Positions 27,710 through 37,034 of a stretch of DNA of 37,111 bases are shown here, piece after piece. Location of the stretch: assembly GCA_049190315.1 (NCBI GenBank), contig JAIVWD010000005.1, positions 1 through 37,111 on the forward strand. The letters are read 5' to 3'. Source of the DNA: Deltaproteobacteria bacterium. Its GTDB lineage: Bacteria > Desulfobacterota > Desulfobacteria > Desulfobacterales > ETH-SRB1. Under the pieces are notes generated by a model. That model worked only from the letters and a program-made list of their open reading frames with translations. It made no database searches and was not told where the DNA came from. A program made the position numbers and the translations under genes. The stretch's first letter is position 1, and each line of letters starts with the position of its first letter.

Positions 27710-29026
27710 CTATTTACTGAATTTAAACTCAATACGCCTGTTTAAAGCCCGTTCTTCCGGGGTTTCGTTGCCGGCCTTCGGGATGGTAAAAGAATGCCAG
27801 CTTATTGACAATCTTTCAGATGAGATACCTTTTTCCAGAAGATAATTCAGACCCGCCTGGGCGCGCTTTTTAGAAAGTTGGACATTGTATTCCATGGTGC
27901 CGAAATTATCTGTATGGCCCCTTATCTTCAGCTTCAAGAACGGATGCTTATTGAGCATTTCCACCACTTTGTTAAAGATGGCATGACCTTCAGGCTTAAG
28001 GTTGTATTTATCAAAGTCAAAAAGAACGTCCGCTAAGACTACCAGTTTCCAGCAGCCATTTTCATCAACCTTAAGTTCAGAGGGAGTGTCAGGGCATAGG
28101 TCCTTGTCATCCGTTACCCCGTCGCCGTCACTGTCCGGAGGGCGTTTGGTTAGAAATACTTCCCTGACAAAATCATTCATGGCTTCCTGATTTAATAAGG
28201 TGTCGGCGTTTACTGCCAAACCGCATTGACCGGCATGGGCAATCCTTTGGAATAACTCTTTCCCTGCAGAGTCATTGCCGATCTGAATAGTGTATATACA
28301 TATGTTTTCGCCATATGCTGCTTTTAATTCTTCAGCCGCCAATACAGCTCTTTCATTCATGCCCTTGCCATCGCTTATGATAATAACGGCAATTTTTCCT
28401 TCCTTTGCAAACCAGTCTTTTATTGTAGCAAGAAGCGCGAGGTCAAGGGGACTGGCGCCGTTGACATCGATGATTTTTCTCAAAGCATGGCCGAATCCTT
28501 TTTTGGAATAGCTTTCCGGACCATGACTTCTCGTGGTGTAGAGTGGAGAACCGAATGTTCTGATAGCGCTGGTGAGTTCCAGGTCAGGTATGGTCTGGTT
28601 GAAACAGTAGATGATTTTTTTGGCAAATTTAAATTTGGTATATACATAGTCTTGATGACATTGCAGGCATTTTGAGGTTAGAGAACCATTTTGTTTGGCA
28701 ATCTTGTGGCCGCCATGGGTTACGGCATGCTGGTTTGCGAATTCCATCTCTTTGTACTGGGCATGACACGTGATACACTCGATCGAGGCCATATAGAGTT
28801 CGGTCATGGATGCAGAAGGGTCAAAGATAACCATGAAGTTGTCCACTTTTTTTACAAGGTCATCGGAAATCTCAATGGGTTTGCACTCATCAGTTTGAAC
28901 AAGATGGTAATTAGAATCAGGAGTAATTTTTTCCTTAGTGGTCGGTTGTGAATGGTGGGTGGGGCATCCGAAAAGAATTGTCAAGGTCAGGAGTAACACT
29001 GTTTTTAAAACAGATTCATAACGCAT
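27710..29026 (-). CDS. Lipoprotein: vWA domain with inserted two-CxxCH module, TSP3-like Ca-binding repeat and OmpA C-terminal domain
   Basis: Lipobox LFGC; MIDAS DPSAS and IIISDG; CITCH and CLQCH; DSDGDGVTDDKDLCP; FDFDK, GHTD, YNVQLSKKRA, NRRIE. Confidence 0.85.
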   Translation of the reverse strand: MRYESVLKTVLLLTLTILFGCPTHHSQPTTKEKITPDSNYHLVQTDECKPIEISDDLVKKVDNFMVIFDPSASMTELYMASIECITCHAQYKEMEFANQHAVTHGGHKIAKQNGSLTSKCLQCHQDYVYTKFKFAKKIIYCFNQTIPDLELTSAIRTFGSPLYTTRSHGPESYSKKGFGHALRKIIDVNGASPLDLALLATIKDWFAKEGKIAVIIISDGKGMNERAVLAAEELKAAYGENICIYTIQIGNDSAGKELFQRIAHAGQCGLAVNADTLLNQEAMNDFVREVFLTKRPPDSDGDGVTDDKDLCPDTPSELKVDENGCWKLVVLADVLFDFDKYNLKPEGHAIFNKVVEMLNKHPFLKLKIRGHTDNFGTMEYNVQLSKKRAQAGLNYLLEKGISSERLSISWHSFTIPKAGNETPEERALNRRIEFKFSK

Positions 29027-29085
29027 TGAAAAATCTCCAGTAAATTATTCATTTACGTTGTCAGAATGGTAATAAAGGCAATAAA

Positions 29086-29110
29086 CTCGAGGAGGCCTCG
29101 AGACTTTTTT
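29086..29110. terminator. Possible bidirectional intrinsic terminator
   Basis: CTCGAGG-AGG-CCTCGAG stem, followed by a T-tract on + and by TTTATT on -. Confidence 0.35.
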
Positions 29111-29147
29111 ATTCGCTGAAGAAATTTGTTCAATCTCGTTTGGGTCT

Positions 29148-29200
29148 GATTCCCCGCAGCTTGCTGCGGAACAGGATCCAAGGCTTGCCCTAGGGTTCAA
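29148..29200. repeat. GC-rich hairpin pair (REP-like or IS200/IS605-end-like)
   Basis: CCGCAGC-TT-GCTGCGG (29154-29169) followed by CCAAGGCTTGCCCTAGG. Confidence 0.45.
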
Positions 29201-29286
29201 ACCATTGATTTCTCATCATAGATGAATTTATTAAACTATTTTATGTTATGTTTTATGTCAAACAAAAAATATTCATTAAGAAAAAA

Positions 29287-30906
29287 TCAATCGTTTTCAC
29301 ATCTGTTGAGTCCTTCTTTTGCCCTGGCATAGAACTGATCATCTGAATGAGACTCCAGACATTTCTTATACTTTTGTATGGCCTCCTTGACTTGTCCCAG
29401 TTTTTCATAGCTCTGAGCCGCAAGAAAATTGGCATGCGGATACTGTGGTCCCAGCTTCAGAGCTCTTTTAGCCTCATGTAATGCCTCATCATACCTGGAT
29501 AGTGAAAAGTAGATTTCTCCCATTGTGTAGTAAACATCGGGGTATGACACTTTTTTAGACAAGAGGTATTCCCCATGCCTTAAGGCTTCCTGAAATTTGC
29601 CCAGATTCTTCAAAGTCTTGCACAGGTTAATGCGAGCCTGAACGTATTCCGGATTTAAACGAATCGCCTCGTGGAAGACCTTTTCAGCTTCCTTTGTTCG
29701 GTTTAGTCTTAGATACAGGGTTCCAAGGGTGTTATAGAGGTCCGGATATGTAGGATGTTGCTTCAAATAATCTTTAACAAGAGGAATGAACGTTTCCCAA
29801 AGTGACGTATCCTCTTTGGAAAATTCCTTTATCTTTATGAAAGAGAGCATTTCAGAAAACGTTGGCATGATATCTAAATGCTTATTAATTTCCTTTATTG
29901 CTTCCATAAGGGATTTATCACCACCGAGAATTTGGTCAAGTGCTTCAGATTTTTTTTTCCTATAATATGATGGTTTGGCGACTATATCGCGCATGGTGAG
30001 TATTGTACCCTTCAGGTTTTTATCATCAGGGTCAAGGCGACCAGCCCCCTCAAGTTCTTCCAGTGCCGCATCAAATTTTTCCTCACGGCAATATAGTATT
30101 GCAAGTTTTATTTTTGCATTCTTATAGTCGGGGTTAATCTGCAGCGATCGCTTAAAGCACTTAACAGCCTTGCCAATTTCATTACGACTTGCGAAAATGA
30201 TCCCCAAAAAATACTGTATATCTGAATATTCAGGAAATTTTTCATTCAAGAAGGAGAAGTTTTTGAGAGCTTCGTCAAATTTGCCCAAATAGGTTTGGGT
30301 GATCCCCAATTTTATTCGTGCATCCACGTAATTAGGGTTAATCTCCAGTGCCTTTTGAAATGCGTTTATAGCTTCGATAAGATTTGTCTCCCCCAAAAGG
30401 GCAAGACCCATATGAAAATGGACATCAGCATAATCGGGATGTTTTGTTAATATTTCTTTGTAAATTGACATAGCCCTATTCCACATTTTAAGATTATGGA
30501 GTGTGATTGCGAGCTTAAACTTGGTTGGCAGATGGTCCGGGTTGAACCGAAGAATATGGTTGAAAGCCTTTACAGCGTCTTTACACCTTCCAATATTATT
30601 CAAACAAACACCAATGAAGTAATAAAGATCAACATGTTCGGGGTTTAATTCAAGGGCCTTCTGAAATTTCTGGAGCGCACTTGAAGTATTACCGGTTGCA
30701 AAAAGCACAATCCCCAGGTTACGATACGCTTGAGCACGGTAGAACTGGGCCAGATTACGTTCAAGATTTAAAAATGGTGATTTTCTTTCTAATACATTTT
30801 GAAACTGTTCAATGGCTTCTCTGTACATATGGCGGTTGTAATAGTGCATCCCCTTTTGATAGCCTTTGTCTATGCCAAAATTAAACAAATGTTTTAAAAA
30901 GCTCAT
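29287..30906 (-). CDS. Tetratricopeptide repeat protein
   Basis: Many TPRs (ALELNPEHVDLYYFIG, YADVHFHMG, ALEINPNYVDARIKLG, YPDLYNTLG); no signal peptide. Confidence 0.92.
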   Translation of the reverse strand: MSFLKHLFNFGIDKGYQKGMHYYNRHMYREAIEQFQNVLERKSPFLNLERNLAQFYRAQAYRNLGIVLFATGNTSSALQKFQKALELNPEHVDLYYFIGVCLNNIGRCKDAVKAFNHILRFNPDHLPTKFKLAITLHNLKMWNRAMSIYKEILTKHPDYADVHFHMGLALLGETNLIEAINAFQKALEINPNYVDARIKLGITQTYLGKFDEALKNFSFLNEKFPEYSDIQYFLGIIFASRNEIGKAVKCFKRSLQINPDYKNAKIKLAILYCREEKFDAALEELEGAGRLDPDDKNLKGTILTMRDIVAKPSYYRKKKSEALDQILGGDKSLMEAIKEINKHLDIMPTFSEMLSFIKIKEFSKEDTSLWETFIPLVKDYLKQHPTYPDLYNTLGTLYLRLNRTKEAEKVFHEAIRLNPEYVQARINLCKTLKNLGKFQEALRHGEYLLSKKVSYPDVYYTMGEIYFSLSRYDEALHEAKRALKLGPQYPHANFLAAQSYEKLGQVKEAIQKYKKCLESHSDDQFYARAKEGLNRCEND

Positions 30907-30941
30907 TATCGCTTCTCCTATCCTACCGGTTGGCTGACTCT

Positions 30942-32402
30942 TTATCGTGCGCCCCTGCGCGAAAGGACGGCAGGGATTGTTTTTATAAGGATTTTCAAGT
31001 CAAGAGCAAACGACCATTTTTCAATATACATAAGGTCAAGTTTCATCCATTCATCAAACCTGATATCGTTTCTTCCACTCACCTGCCAGAGACAAGTTAT
31101 TCCCTGCTTCACAGATAGCCTCTTCTTTTCCCAAGGCCTATATTGGCGGACTTCCGTGAATATAGGCGGCCTTGGTCCAACCAGACTTATATCACCTTTG
31201 AGAACATTGAAAAGTTGGGGGAGTTCGTCCAGGCTTGTTTTTCGCAAAAATCGGCCGATCCGTGTCAAGCGCGGGTCATTTATAATCTTAAAGGCAGGGC
31301 CATCCATCTCGTTTAAATGCCACACTTTTTCCAGAAGCTTCTCTGCATCTGCGACCATCGAGCGGAATTTATACATGATAAAACGCCTGCCATGCTTGCC
31401 AATCCTTTCCTGGCGGAACAATATAGGACCAGGAGAATCCATCTTTATGAGAATGGGCATGACCACCCATAGGGGCAGGCAAAGAAAAATAAGAATGGCT
31501 GATGCCATAAAATCAAAAAGGCGTTTTATGAATTGTATTGTCGGATTTTGGAAAACATACTTAAGAAATACCATTGAAACACCCCCAAGATGTTCTACGA
31601 AAATATTTCCGTCCTCTTCTATATGAGTAGATGTGGTAAAGGCAAAATCCAGGCCTTCTGCCTTGCAACGTTGTACAACCATGTCTATCTTTGACAAGTA
31701 ATCTTTATTACCTTCAAAAAGAATACAGTCAACAACGTTATTCTTAAGAACGGCGTCCAAATGGTCTACTCTGCCGATAACAACATGATTCGAAATCCTG
31801 TCCCCAACCTTTTTCTTGCCATTTGAAAGAAACCCAACCACTCTCATGCCCCACTCAGGATGCGTATCAATGATATGAGCAGACTTTAAAGCCTTATCAT
31901 TTGTTCCAACGATTAAGACGAACTTTATGAGATTGCTTTTTCCCCGGTCATGCCGCATAAGCCAAGAAACAGACATTTTGTTGATGGCAAACAGAGGCCA
32001 TGAAAGGACAACAAACACGATTACAAAACAAATACTGCCCTTGAGAGCAGGGAACACAAACAAAAGAGCAAGAAAGATTCCAGCCATCAGCAAGCAGGGT
32101 ATTGCTGACCGAAGTAAAATCTTTTTGAAGTAAGGGCTGCTGGTATGATAGTCCCTGTAGACAAAGTAGATTTGGGCAATCGGTAACAGCAAAAGCAGAG
32201 GGACAAGATTCAAATACCGATTCCAGTAAAAAGGCAGGTCAAAACGGGTGAGATAGGAATGATGGGGTAGTGGAAACAGGTCGCCGGTCAGGTTCGTGAT
32301 TTCAAATGAGAGTGGGGCGCTGATAGCATATATAATAATAACAATTGCGTAATTTATTAACAACTGAAGTGGAGCAAAATATTCTTCCTGTTCTCTTAGC
32401 AT
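30942..32402 (-). CDS. Priming polyprenyl-phosphate glycosylphosphotransferase (WcaJ/WbaP family)
   Basis: Four N-terminal TMs, VLIVG Rossmann-like domain, KRLFD, YKFRSM, DPRLTRIGRFLRKTSLDELPQ, GPRP, GITCLWQVSGR. Confidence 0.93.
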   Translation of the reverse strand: MLREQEEYFAPLQLLINYAIVIIIYAISAPLSFEITNLTGDLFPLPHHSYLTRFDLPFYWNRYLNLVPLLLLLPIAQIYFVYRDYHTSSPYFKKILLRSAIPCLLMAGIFLALLFVFPALKGSICFVIVFVVLSWPLFAINKMSVSWLMRHDRGKSNLIKFVLIVGTNDKALKSAHIIDTHPEWGMRVVGFLSNGKKKVGDRISNHVVIGRVDHLDAVLKNNVVDCILFEGNKDYLSKIDMVVQRCKAEGLDFAFTTSTHIEEDGNIFVEHLGGVSMVFLKYVFQNPTIQFIKRLFDFMASAILIFLCLPLWVVMPILIKMDSPGPILFRQERIGKHGRRFIMYKFRSMVADAEKLLEKVWHLNEMDGPAFKIINDPRLTRIGRFLRKTSLDELPQLFNVLKGDISLVGPRPPIFTEVRQYRPWEKKRLSVKQGITCLWQVSGRNDIRFDEWMKLDLMYIEKWSFALDLKILIKTIPAVLSRRGAR

Positions 32403-32675
32403 TGGCTCTTAAGTCATGTAATGATTTGTTGGCAACTGACCATTGGCTTAACTTCTGCGCTATTCACGACAGAAATTGTGAACTTGCAAAATGTGAAGTA
32501 TCGGCAAGAATTTTAGATCTCAAGCTTTTTACCCCTAAATGAGGGTTAATAGCTTATATTTTATTTTTTATAAAGCCATTATAACTATAATATAATACCA
32601 CAAATTGTAAAAAGATCAAAGGAGAAATTGAAAACTAAATACTCAAAATAGTATCAATCATCCCCTTGATTCACC

Positions 32676-32704
32676 TTGACACGTGGCAGTTTTATAAGTA
32701 ACTT
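32676..32704 (+). promoter_or_regulatory. Putative sigma70 promoter of ileS-lspA-lgt
   Basis: TTGACA (32676-32681), 17-bp spacer, TAACTT (32699-32704); GGAGG at 32733-32737. Confidence 0.55.
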
Positions 32705-32741
32705 TTAAAGTTCAAAACCTATAATTAATTATGGAGGATGC

Positions 32742-35552
32742 ATGGACTATAAGAAGACACTCAACCTTCCGGTTGCAAAGTTTCCCATGAAAGCTAATCT
32801 ATCTAAGCGTGAGCCTGACCAGTTGGAATCATGGAAGGAGAGCTGTTTATACGATAAGATAAGAAATGCTTCCAAAGGGCGGGAAATGTTTATCCTGCAT
32901 GATGGCCCTCCTTATGCAAATGGTAATATTCATATTGGTACGGCTCTTAATAAAATTCTGAAAGATATTATTGTGCGTTCACGTCAGATGTCCGGTTTTG
33001 ATGCTGTTTATGTGCCGGGCTGGGACTGTCACGGGCTTCCTATTGAGCATAATGTTGACAAGGAGCTTGGATCTAAGAAAAAAGATATTTCTCAGACAGA
33101 TTTCCGCAGATTATGCAGATCATATGCAGAAAAATATGTTGATATCCAGCGTGAAGAGTTCAAGCGTCTTGGTGTTATGGGGGAATGGGACAATCCCTAT
33201 TTGACGATGAATTACAATTATGAATCTATAATTGCACGGGAGTGCTGCAAGTTTGCTCTGGATAACAGTCTTTTCAGGAGCAAAAAACCTATACACTGGT
33301 GTTGCAGTTGTAAGACAGCTCTTGCGGAAGCGGAAATCGAACATCATGACGAGCCTTCGCCCTCAATATTTGTTAAATTTCCTTTAATAGACGACCCTGG
33401 TATTACCGCGTTGAAAGATAAAAAGGTCAATTTGATTATATGGACTACAACGCCCTGGACCTTACCCGCAAATCTTGCCGTGGCGCTTCATCCTGATTTT
33501 GTTTATGCAGTTGTTGAAACAGGAGATGATGAGGTTTTTATTCTTGCAAAAGATCTTGTTGACAGTTGCATGAGAATTTTTGGAATTTCTGATTTTTCCA
33601 TAATCGCAGAGATTGATGCTAAAAAGCTTGAGCATAAAAAATGCCGTCATCCTCTCTATAACAGGGAATCCCTTATTATCCTTGCTTTGCATGTCACACT
33701 GGATGCAGGGACCGGATGTGTTCATACTGCTCCCGGGCACGGGCGTGAGGATTATGAAATCGGGCTCTTATATGATCTGGACCCTTATTCTCCGGTAAAT
33801 GAAAAAGGCTGTTTTACTGATGATGTTGAGTTCTTTAAAGGCCAGTTCGTATTTAAAGCCAATAACGGTATTATTGATAAATTGAAGGATTCCGGGGTAC
33901 TTGTTGCCCAGGAATCAATTTCGCATTCCTATCCGCACTGCTGGCGTTGCAAGAAGCCTGTTATATTTAGAGCAACTCCGCAGTGGTTTATATCTATGGA
34001 CAAAACAGGCCTGAGAGAGAAAGCTCTTGATGAAATAGACAGGGTTGAATGGATTCCTGCCTGGGGTAGAGAAAGAATTCACGGAATGATTAAAAATCGA
34101 CCGGACTGGTGTGTGTCCAGGCAGCGGGCATGGGGTGTGCCTATAACTTTATTTTATTGTGAAAAATGTGAGTCTGTATTCATAAATCATGAAACAGTAA
34201 ATAAAATTTCAGAGCTTTTTGAAAAACATGGAGCAGATATCTGGTTTGAAAAACAAGCCGAAGAATTTCTTTCGCAGGACGCTGTGTGTCAAAAATGCGG
34301 GCATAATAAATTTATTAAAGAAACAGATATTCTGGATGTCTGGTTTGATTCAGGTGTGAGCCATGCGGCGGTTCTAGAACAGCGCTCGAATTTAAAATGG
34401 CCTGCTGATCTTTATCTCGAAGGAAGTGATCAGCACAGGGGCTGGTTTCACAGCTCACTTTTAACAGCCGTTGGTACAAGAGGCAGGGCTCCTTACAAGT
34501 CGGTATTAACTCATGGTTTTGTTGTTGATGCAAAAGGAAGAAAGATGTCCAAATCCATTGGGAATGTTATTGCTCCAAAGAAAGTTATTGATAGATATGG
34601 AGCTGAAATTCTTCGTCTATGGGTTTCTGCATCTGATTACAGGGATGATATAAGGATTTCTGAAAACATCTTAAAACAATTAAGCGATTCATACAGGCGG
34701 ATCAGAAATACCTGTAGATTTATGCTTGGTAATTTATATGATTATGATCCGAAAACAGACAGGGTGCCATATGAGTCAATGCCTGATATTGACAAGTTTG
34801 CTTTGCACAAGCTGCAGGGACTCATTGAGAAAACTCTGAAAGCCTATGAAACTTTTGAGTTCCATGTTATATACCATGCGCTTCACAATTATTGTACTCT
34901 CGATCTTTCTGCTTTTTATCTGGATATTCTTAAAGACAGGCTTTACACATCACCTCCGCAATCAATTGAACGAAGAAGTGCTCAGACCGTAATACATACA
35001 ATACTGGATTCTGTTGTCAGGATTATGGCTCCCATACTTTCTTTTACGGCAGAAGAGGTTTGGGAGTTTATGCCGGATATCAAAGAAAAAGAATCCAGCG
35101 TTCATCTTTCTTCTCTGCCAAAAGCAAATGAGAGCTGGAAAAATGAAAAACTGGCGCAAAAATGGGAAGCTATAATCAGGGTAAGAGGTGAAGTGACAAA
35201 AGCTCTTGAAGAGGCAAGAGCAAAAAAGAAAATAGGGCATTCTCTTGATGCAGTTGTTACAATCAGTGCAAATGAAGAACTGTATGAAGAACTGTATGCT
35301 TATGAAGAAGACTTGAGAACCATATTTATTATTTCAGGAGCTTCTCTTATTAAAGGAGAAAAATTAGATAAAGCTTATAAAAGCACGGATATCGAAGGAC
35401 TTGATATACTCGTTGAGCCGGCGAGTTCTGATAAATGTGAACGCTGCTGGATACACGATCCTTCCGTCGGCTTAAATTCTGAGCGCCCAACTATTTGCAG
35501 CCGCTGTGAAAAGGCGCTGGAGAAAATTAAAAAAGTGCCTAAAGTGAGCTAA
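32742..35552 (+). CDS. ileS: Isoleucine--tRNA ligase (type 1)
   Basis: [50 protein letters not shown]-terminal CERCW...CSRC zinc finger. Confidence 0.98.
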   Translation: MDYKKTLNLPVAKFPMKANLSKREPDQLESWKESCLYDKIRNASKGREMFILHDGPPYANGNIHIGTALNKILKDIIVRSRQMSGFDAVYVPGWDCHGLPIEHNVDKELGSKKKDISQTDFRRLCRSYAEKYVDIQREEFKRLGVMGEWDNPYLTMNYNYESIIARECCKFALDNSLFRSKKPIHWCCSCKTALAEAEIEHHDEPSPSIFVKFPLIDDPGITALKDKKVNLIIWTTTPWTLPANLAVALHPDFVYAVVETGDDEVFILAKDLVDSCMRIFGISDFSIIAEIDAKKLEHKKCRHPLYNRESLIILALHVTLDAGTGCVHTAPGHGREDYEIGLLYDLDPYSPVNEKGCFTDDVEFFKGQFVFKANNGIIDKLKDSGVLVAQESISHSYPHCWRCKKPVIFRATPQWFISMDKTGLREKALDEIDRVEWIPAWGRERIHGMIKNRPDWCVSRQRAWGVPITLFYCEKCESVFINHETVNKISELFEKHGADIWFEKQAEEFLSQDAVCQKCGHNKFIKETDILDVWFDSGVSHAAVLEQRSNLKWPADLYLEGSDQHRGWFHSSLLTAVGTRGRAPYKSVLTHGFVVDAKGRKMSKSIGNVIAPKKVIDRYGAEILRLWVSASDYRDDIRISENILKQLSDSYRRIRNTCRFMLGNLYDYDPKTDRVPYESMPDIDKFALHKLQGLIEKTLKAYETFEFHVIYHALHNYCTLDLSAFYLDILKDRLYTSPPQSIERRSAQTVIHTILDSVVRIMAPILSFTAEEVWEFMPDIKEKESSVHLSSLPKANESWKNEKLAQKWEAIIRVRGEVTKALEEARAKKKIGHSLDAVVTISANEELYEELYAYEEDLRTIFIISGASLIKGEKLDKAYKSTDIEGLDILVEPASSDKCERCWIHDPSVGLNSERPTICSRCEKALEKIKKVPKVS

Positions 35553-35737
35553 AGTGCCTAAAATGCCTAAAGTTGTGGTACGCCTTCGGCGTGTTATATA
35601 TATTCAGGGCTTGATTATAACTTCAGTCGGAAATAAAGTGAGCAAAATTGTATGGAAAAAATTAAAATTGGTAGTGCCCAAGGCACATTCCTTAACTTTA
35701 GGCACTTTAATATACTTTAGCTCACTTTAGGCACTTA
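35532..35737. repeat. Nonamer-arm element, copy 2 (inverted), overlapping the ileS stop codon
   Basis: AAAGTGCCTAAAGTGAGCTAAAGTGCCTAAAATGCCTAAAGTTGTGGTACGCCTTCGGCGTG closely matches the reverse complement of the copy-1 right arm, with one extra unit; right arm ATTCCTTAACTTTAGGCAC...CTTTAGGCACTTA. Confidence 0.85.
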
Positions 35738-35743
35738 CGTTTT

Positions 35744-36226
35744 ATGCAAAACAAATACTTAAAACTTGCTGTCATTGCCGGATCAGTAATTATTCTTGAT
35801 CAGATTACAAAAGCCATTATCTTATACTCCATGTCTCTGTATCATTCCATTCCAGTTGTGCCAGGATTTTTCAGCATAACTCATATTCATAATCCGGGCG
35901 GAGCGTTCGGATTTATGGCTAATCAGAGTCCGGTTGTGCGCAGCATGGTTTTTCTTTTTTTCTCAGCATTGGCTGTATGTTTAATCTTCTATTTCTACAA
36001 GAAAACACCGAAGGAATATTCATTACTTGCAGCGGGTTTTGCGCTAATTTTTGGAGGCGCCATAGGCAATCTGATTGATAGAATACGCTTCGGGAAAGTA
36101 GTTGACTTCCTTGATTTCTATATAGGCAATTTTCACTGGCCGGCTTTTAATATTGCGGACAGCGCTATTTCTATAGGAATGGTTATTTTTGCATATCACT
36201 TTTTCTTTAAAAAACTGCCTTATTAA
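35744..36226 (+). CDS. lspA: Lipoprotein signal peptidase II
   Basis: DQITK, NPGGAFG, GGAIGNLIDR, VVDFLD, WPAFNIADSAI. Confidence 0.97.
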   Translation: MQNKYLKLAVIAGSVIILDQITKAIILYSMSLYHSIPVVPGFFSITHIHNPGGAFGFMANQSPVVRSMVFLFFSALAVCLIFYFYKKTPKEYSLLAAGFALIFGGAIGNLIDRIRFGKVVDFLDFYIGNFHWPAFNIADSAISIGMVIFAYHFFFKKLPY

Positions 36227-36230
36227 AATG

Positions 36231-36264
36231 GTAACCCTGAACCGTGAACCTTGAACCCTGTTAC
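36231..36264. repeat. Minimal GTAAC-(heptamer)n-GTTAC unit between lspA and lgt
   Basis: GTAAC-CCTGAAC-CGTGAAC-CTTGAAC-CCT-GTTAC; flanks TTAAAATG / TAAACATG. Confidence 0.6.
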
Positions 36265-36269
36265 TAAAC

Positions 36270-37034
36270 ATGCATCCTATTCTTTTGAAAATTGGTGGCA
36301 TTACTCTTCATACTTATGGTTTTTTTGTTGCCATGGGATTTCTTGGCGGAATTTTGCTGGCAAGGAGCGAAGCAAAAAGGTTGGGTGTTGATCCTGAGAA
36401 GGTAATGGATCTTTGTTTTTATATCCTTATTGCCGCTATTGTGGGTTCGCGCCTGTTTTACGTTGCAGTTAACTATGAGCTTTTTCTTTCAAATCCCCTG
36501 GATGTTTTTAAGATATGGAGCGGAGGGCTGGTTTTTTATGGCGGTTTTATAGCGGCATTCTTTACAGCATTTATTTATTTAAGGATACACAAAATGCCTG
36601 TCTGGACAACAGCAGATATAGCAGCGCCATCTCTGGCCATAGGTCATTTTTTAGGAAGGCTGGGCTGTTTTTCAGCAGGATGCTGTTTTGGCAGGGAATG
36701 CGATCTCCCATGGGCAGTGACTTTTACACATCCGGAAACTCTTGCACCTATTGGCATACCAATCCATCCAACTCAACTTTATTCTTCCATAATCAATCTG
36801 ATTATTTTCTTTTTTCTCTGGTTTTTCCGAAAACGTACTAAATTTCATGGTCAGTTATTCTGGATATATGTTTTACTCTATGGAATTACACGTTCATTTA
36901 TAGAGATATTTCGTGGTGATTTCAGGGGGAATCCTGTTTTTGAGCTGTTATCAGTTTCCCAGACAATAGGAATATCCATGTCTGTTATTGCCGTTATTAT
37001 GTTAATTAGGGCTCGGTCAAAAATAAGTTGGTAG
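36270..37034 (+). CDS. lgt: Prolipoprotein diacylglyceryl transferase
   Basis: GSRLFY, IWSGGLVFYGG, GRLGCF, HPTQLY, RSFIEIFR; located in the ileS-lspA operon. Confidence 0.95.
   Translation: MHPILLKIGGITLHTYGFFVAMGFLGGILLARSEAKRLGVDPEKVMDLCFYILIAAIVGSRLFYVAVNYELFLSNPLDVFKIWSGGLVFYGGFIAAFFTAFIYLRIHKMPVWTTADIAAPSLAIGHFLGRLGCFSAGCCFGRECDLPWAVTFTHPETLAPIGIPIHPTQLYSSIINLIIFFFLWFFRKRTKFHGQLFWIYVLLYGITRSFIEIFRGDFRGNPVFELLSVSQTIGISMSVIAVIMLIRARSKISW

Noticed and set aside
32403-32741. T-box leader upstream of ileS, or a sigma54 promoter for the EPS arm
   Set aside because: No GGTGGNACCRCG T-box or terminator; the predicted leader is only ~30 nt; no TGGCAC-N5-TTGC match found on either strand.
31156-36841. 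Short antisense or alternate-frame ORFs overlapping the priming GT, ileS, lspA and lgt
   Set aside because: Fully overlap well-supported genes; no independent evidence.
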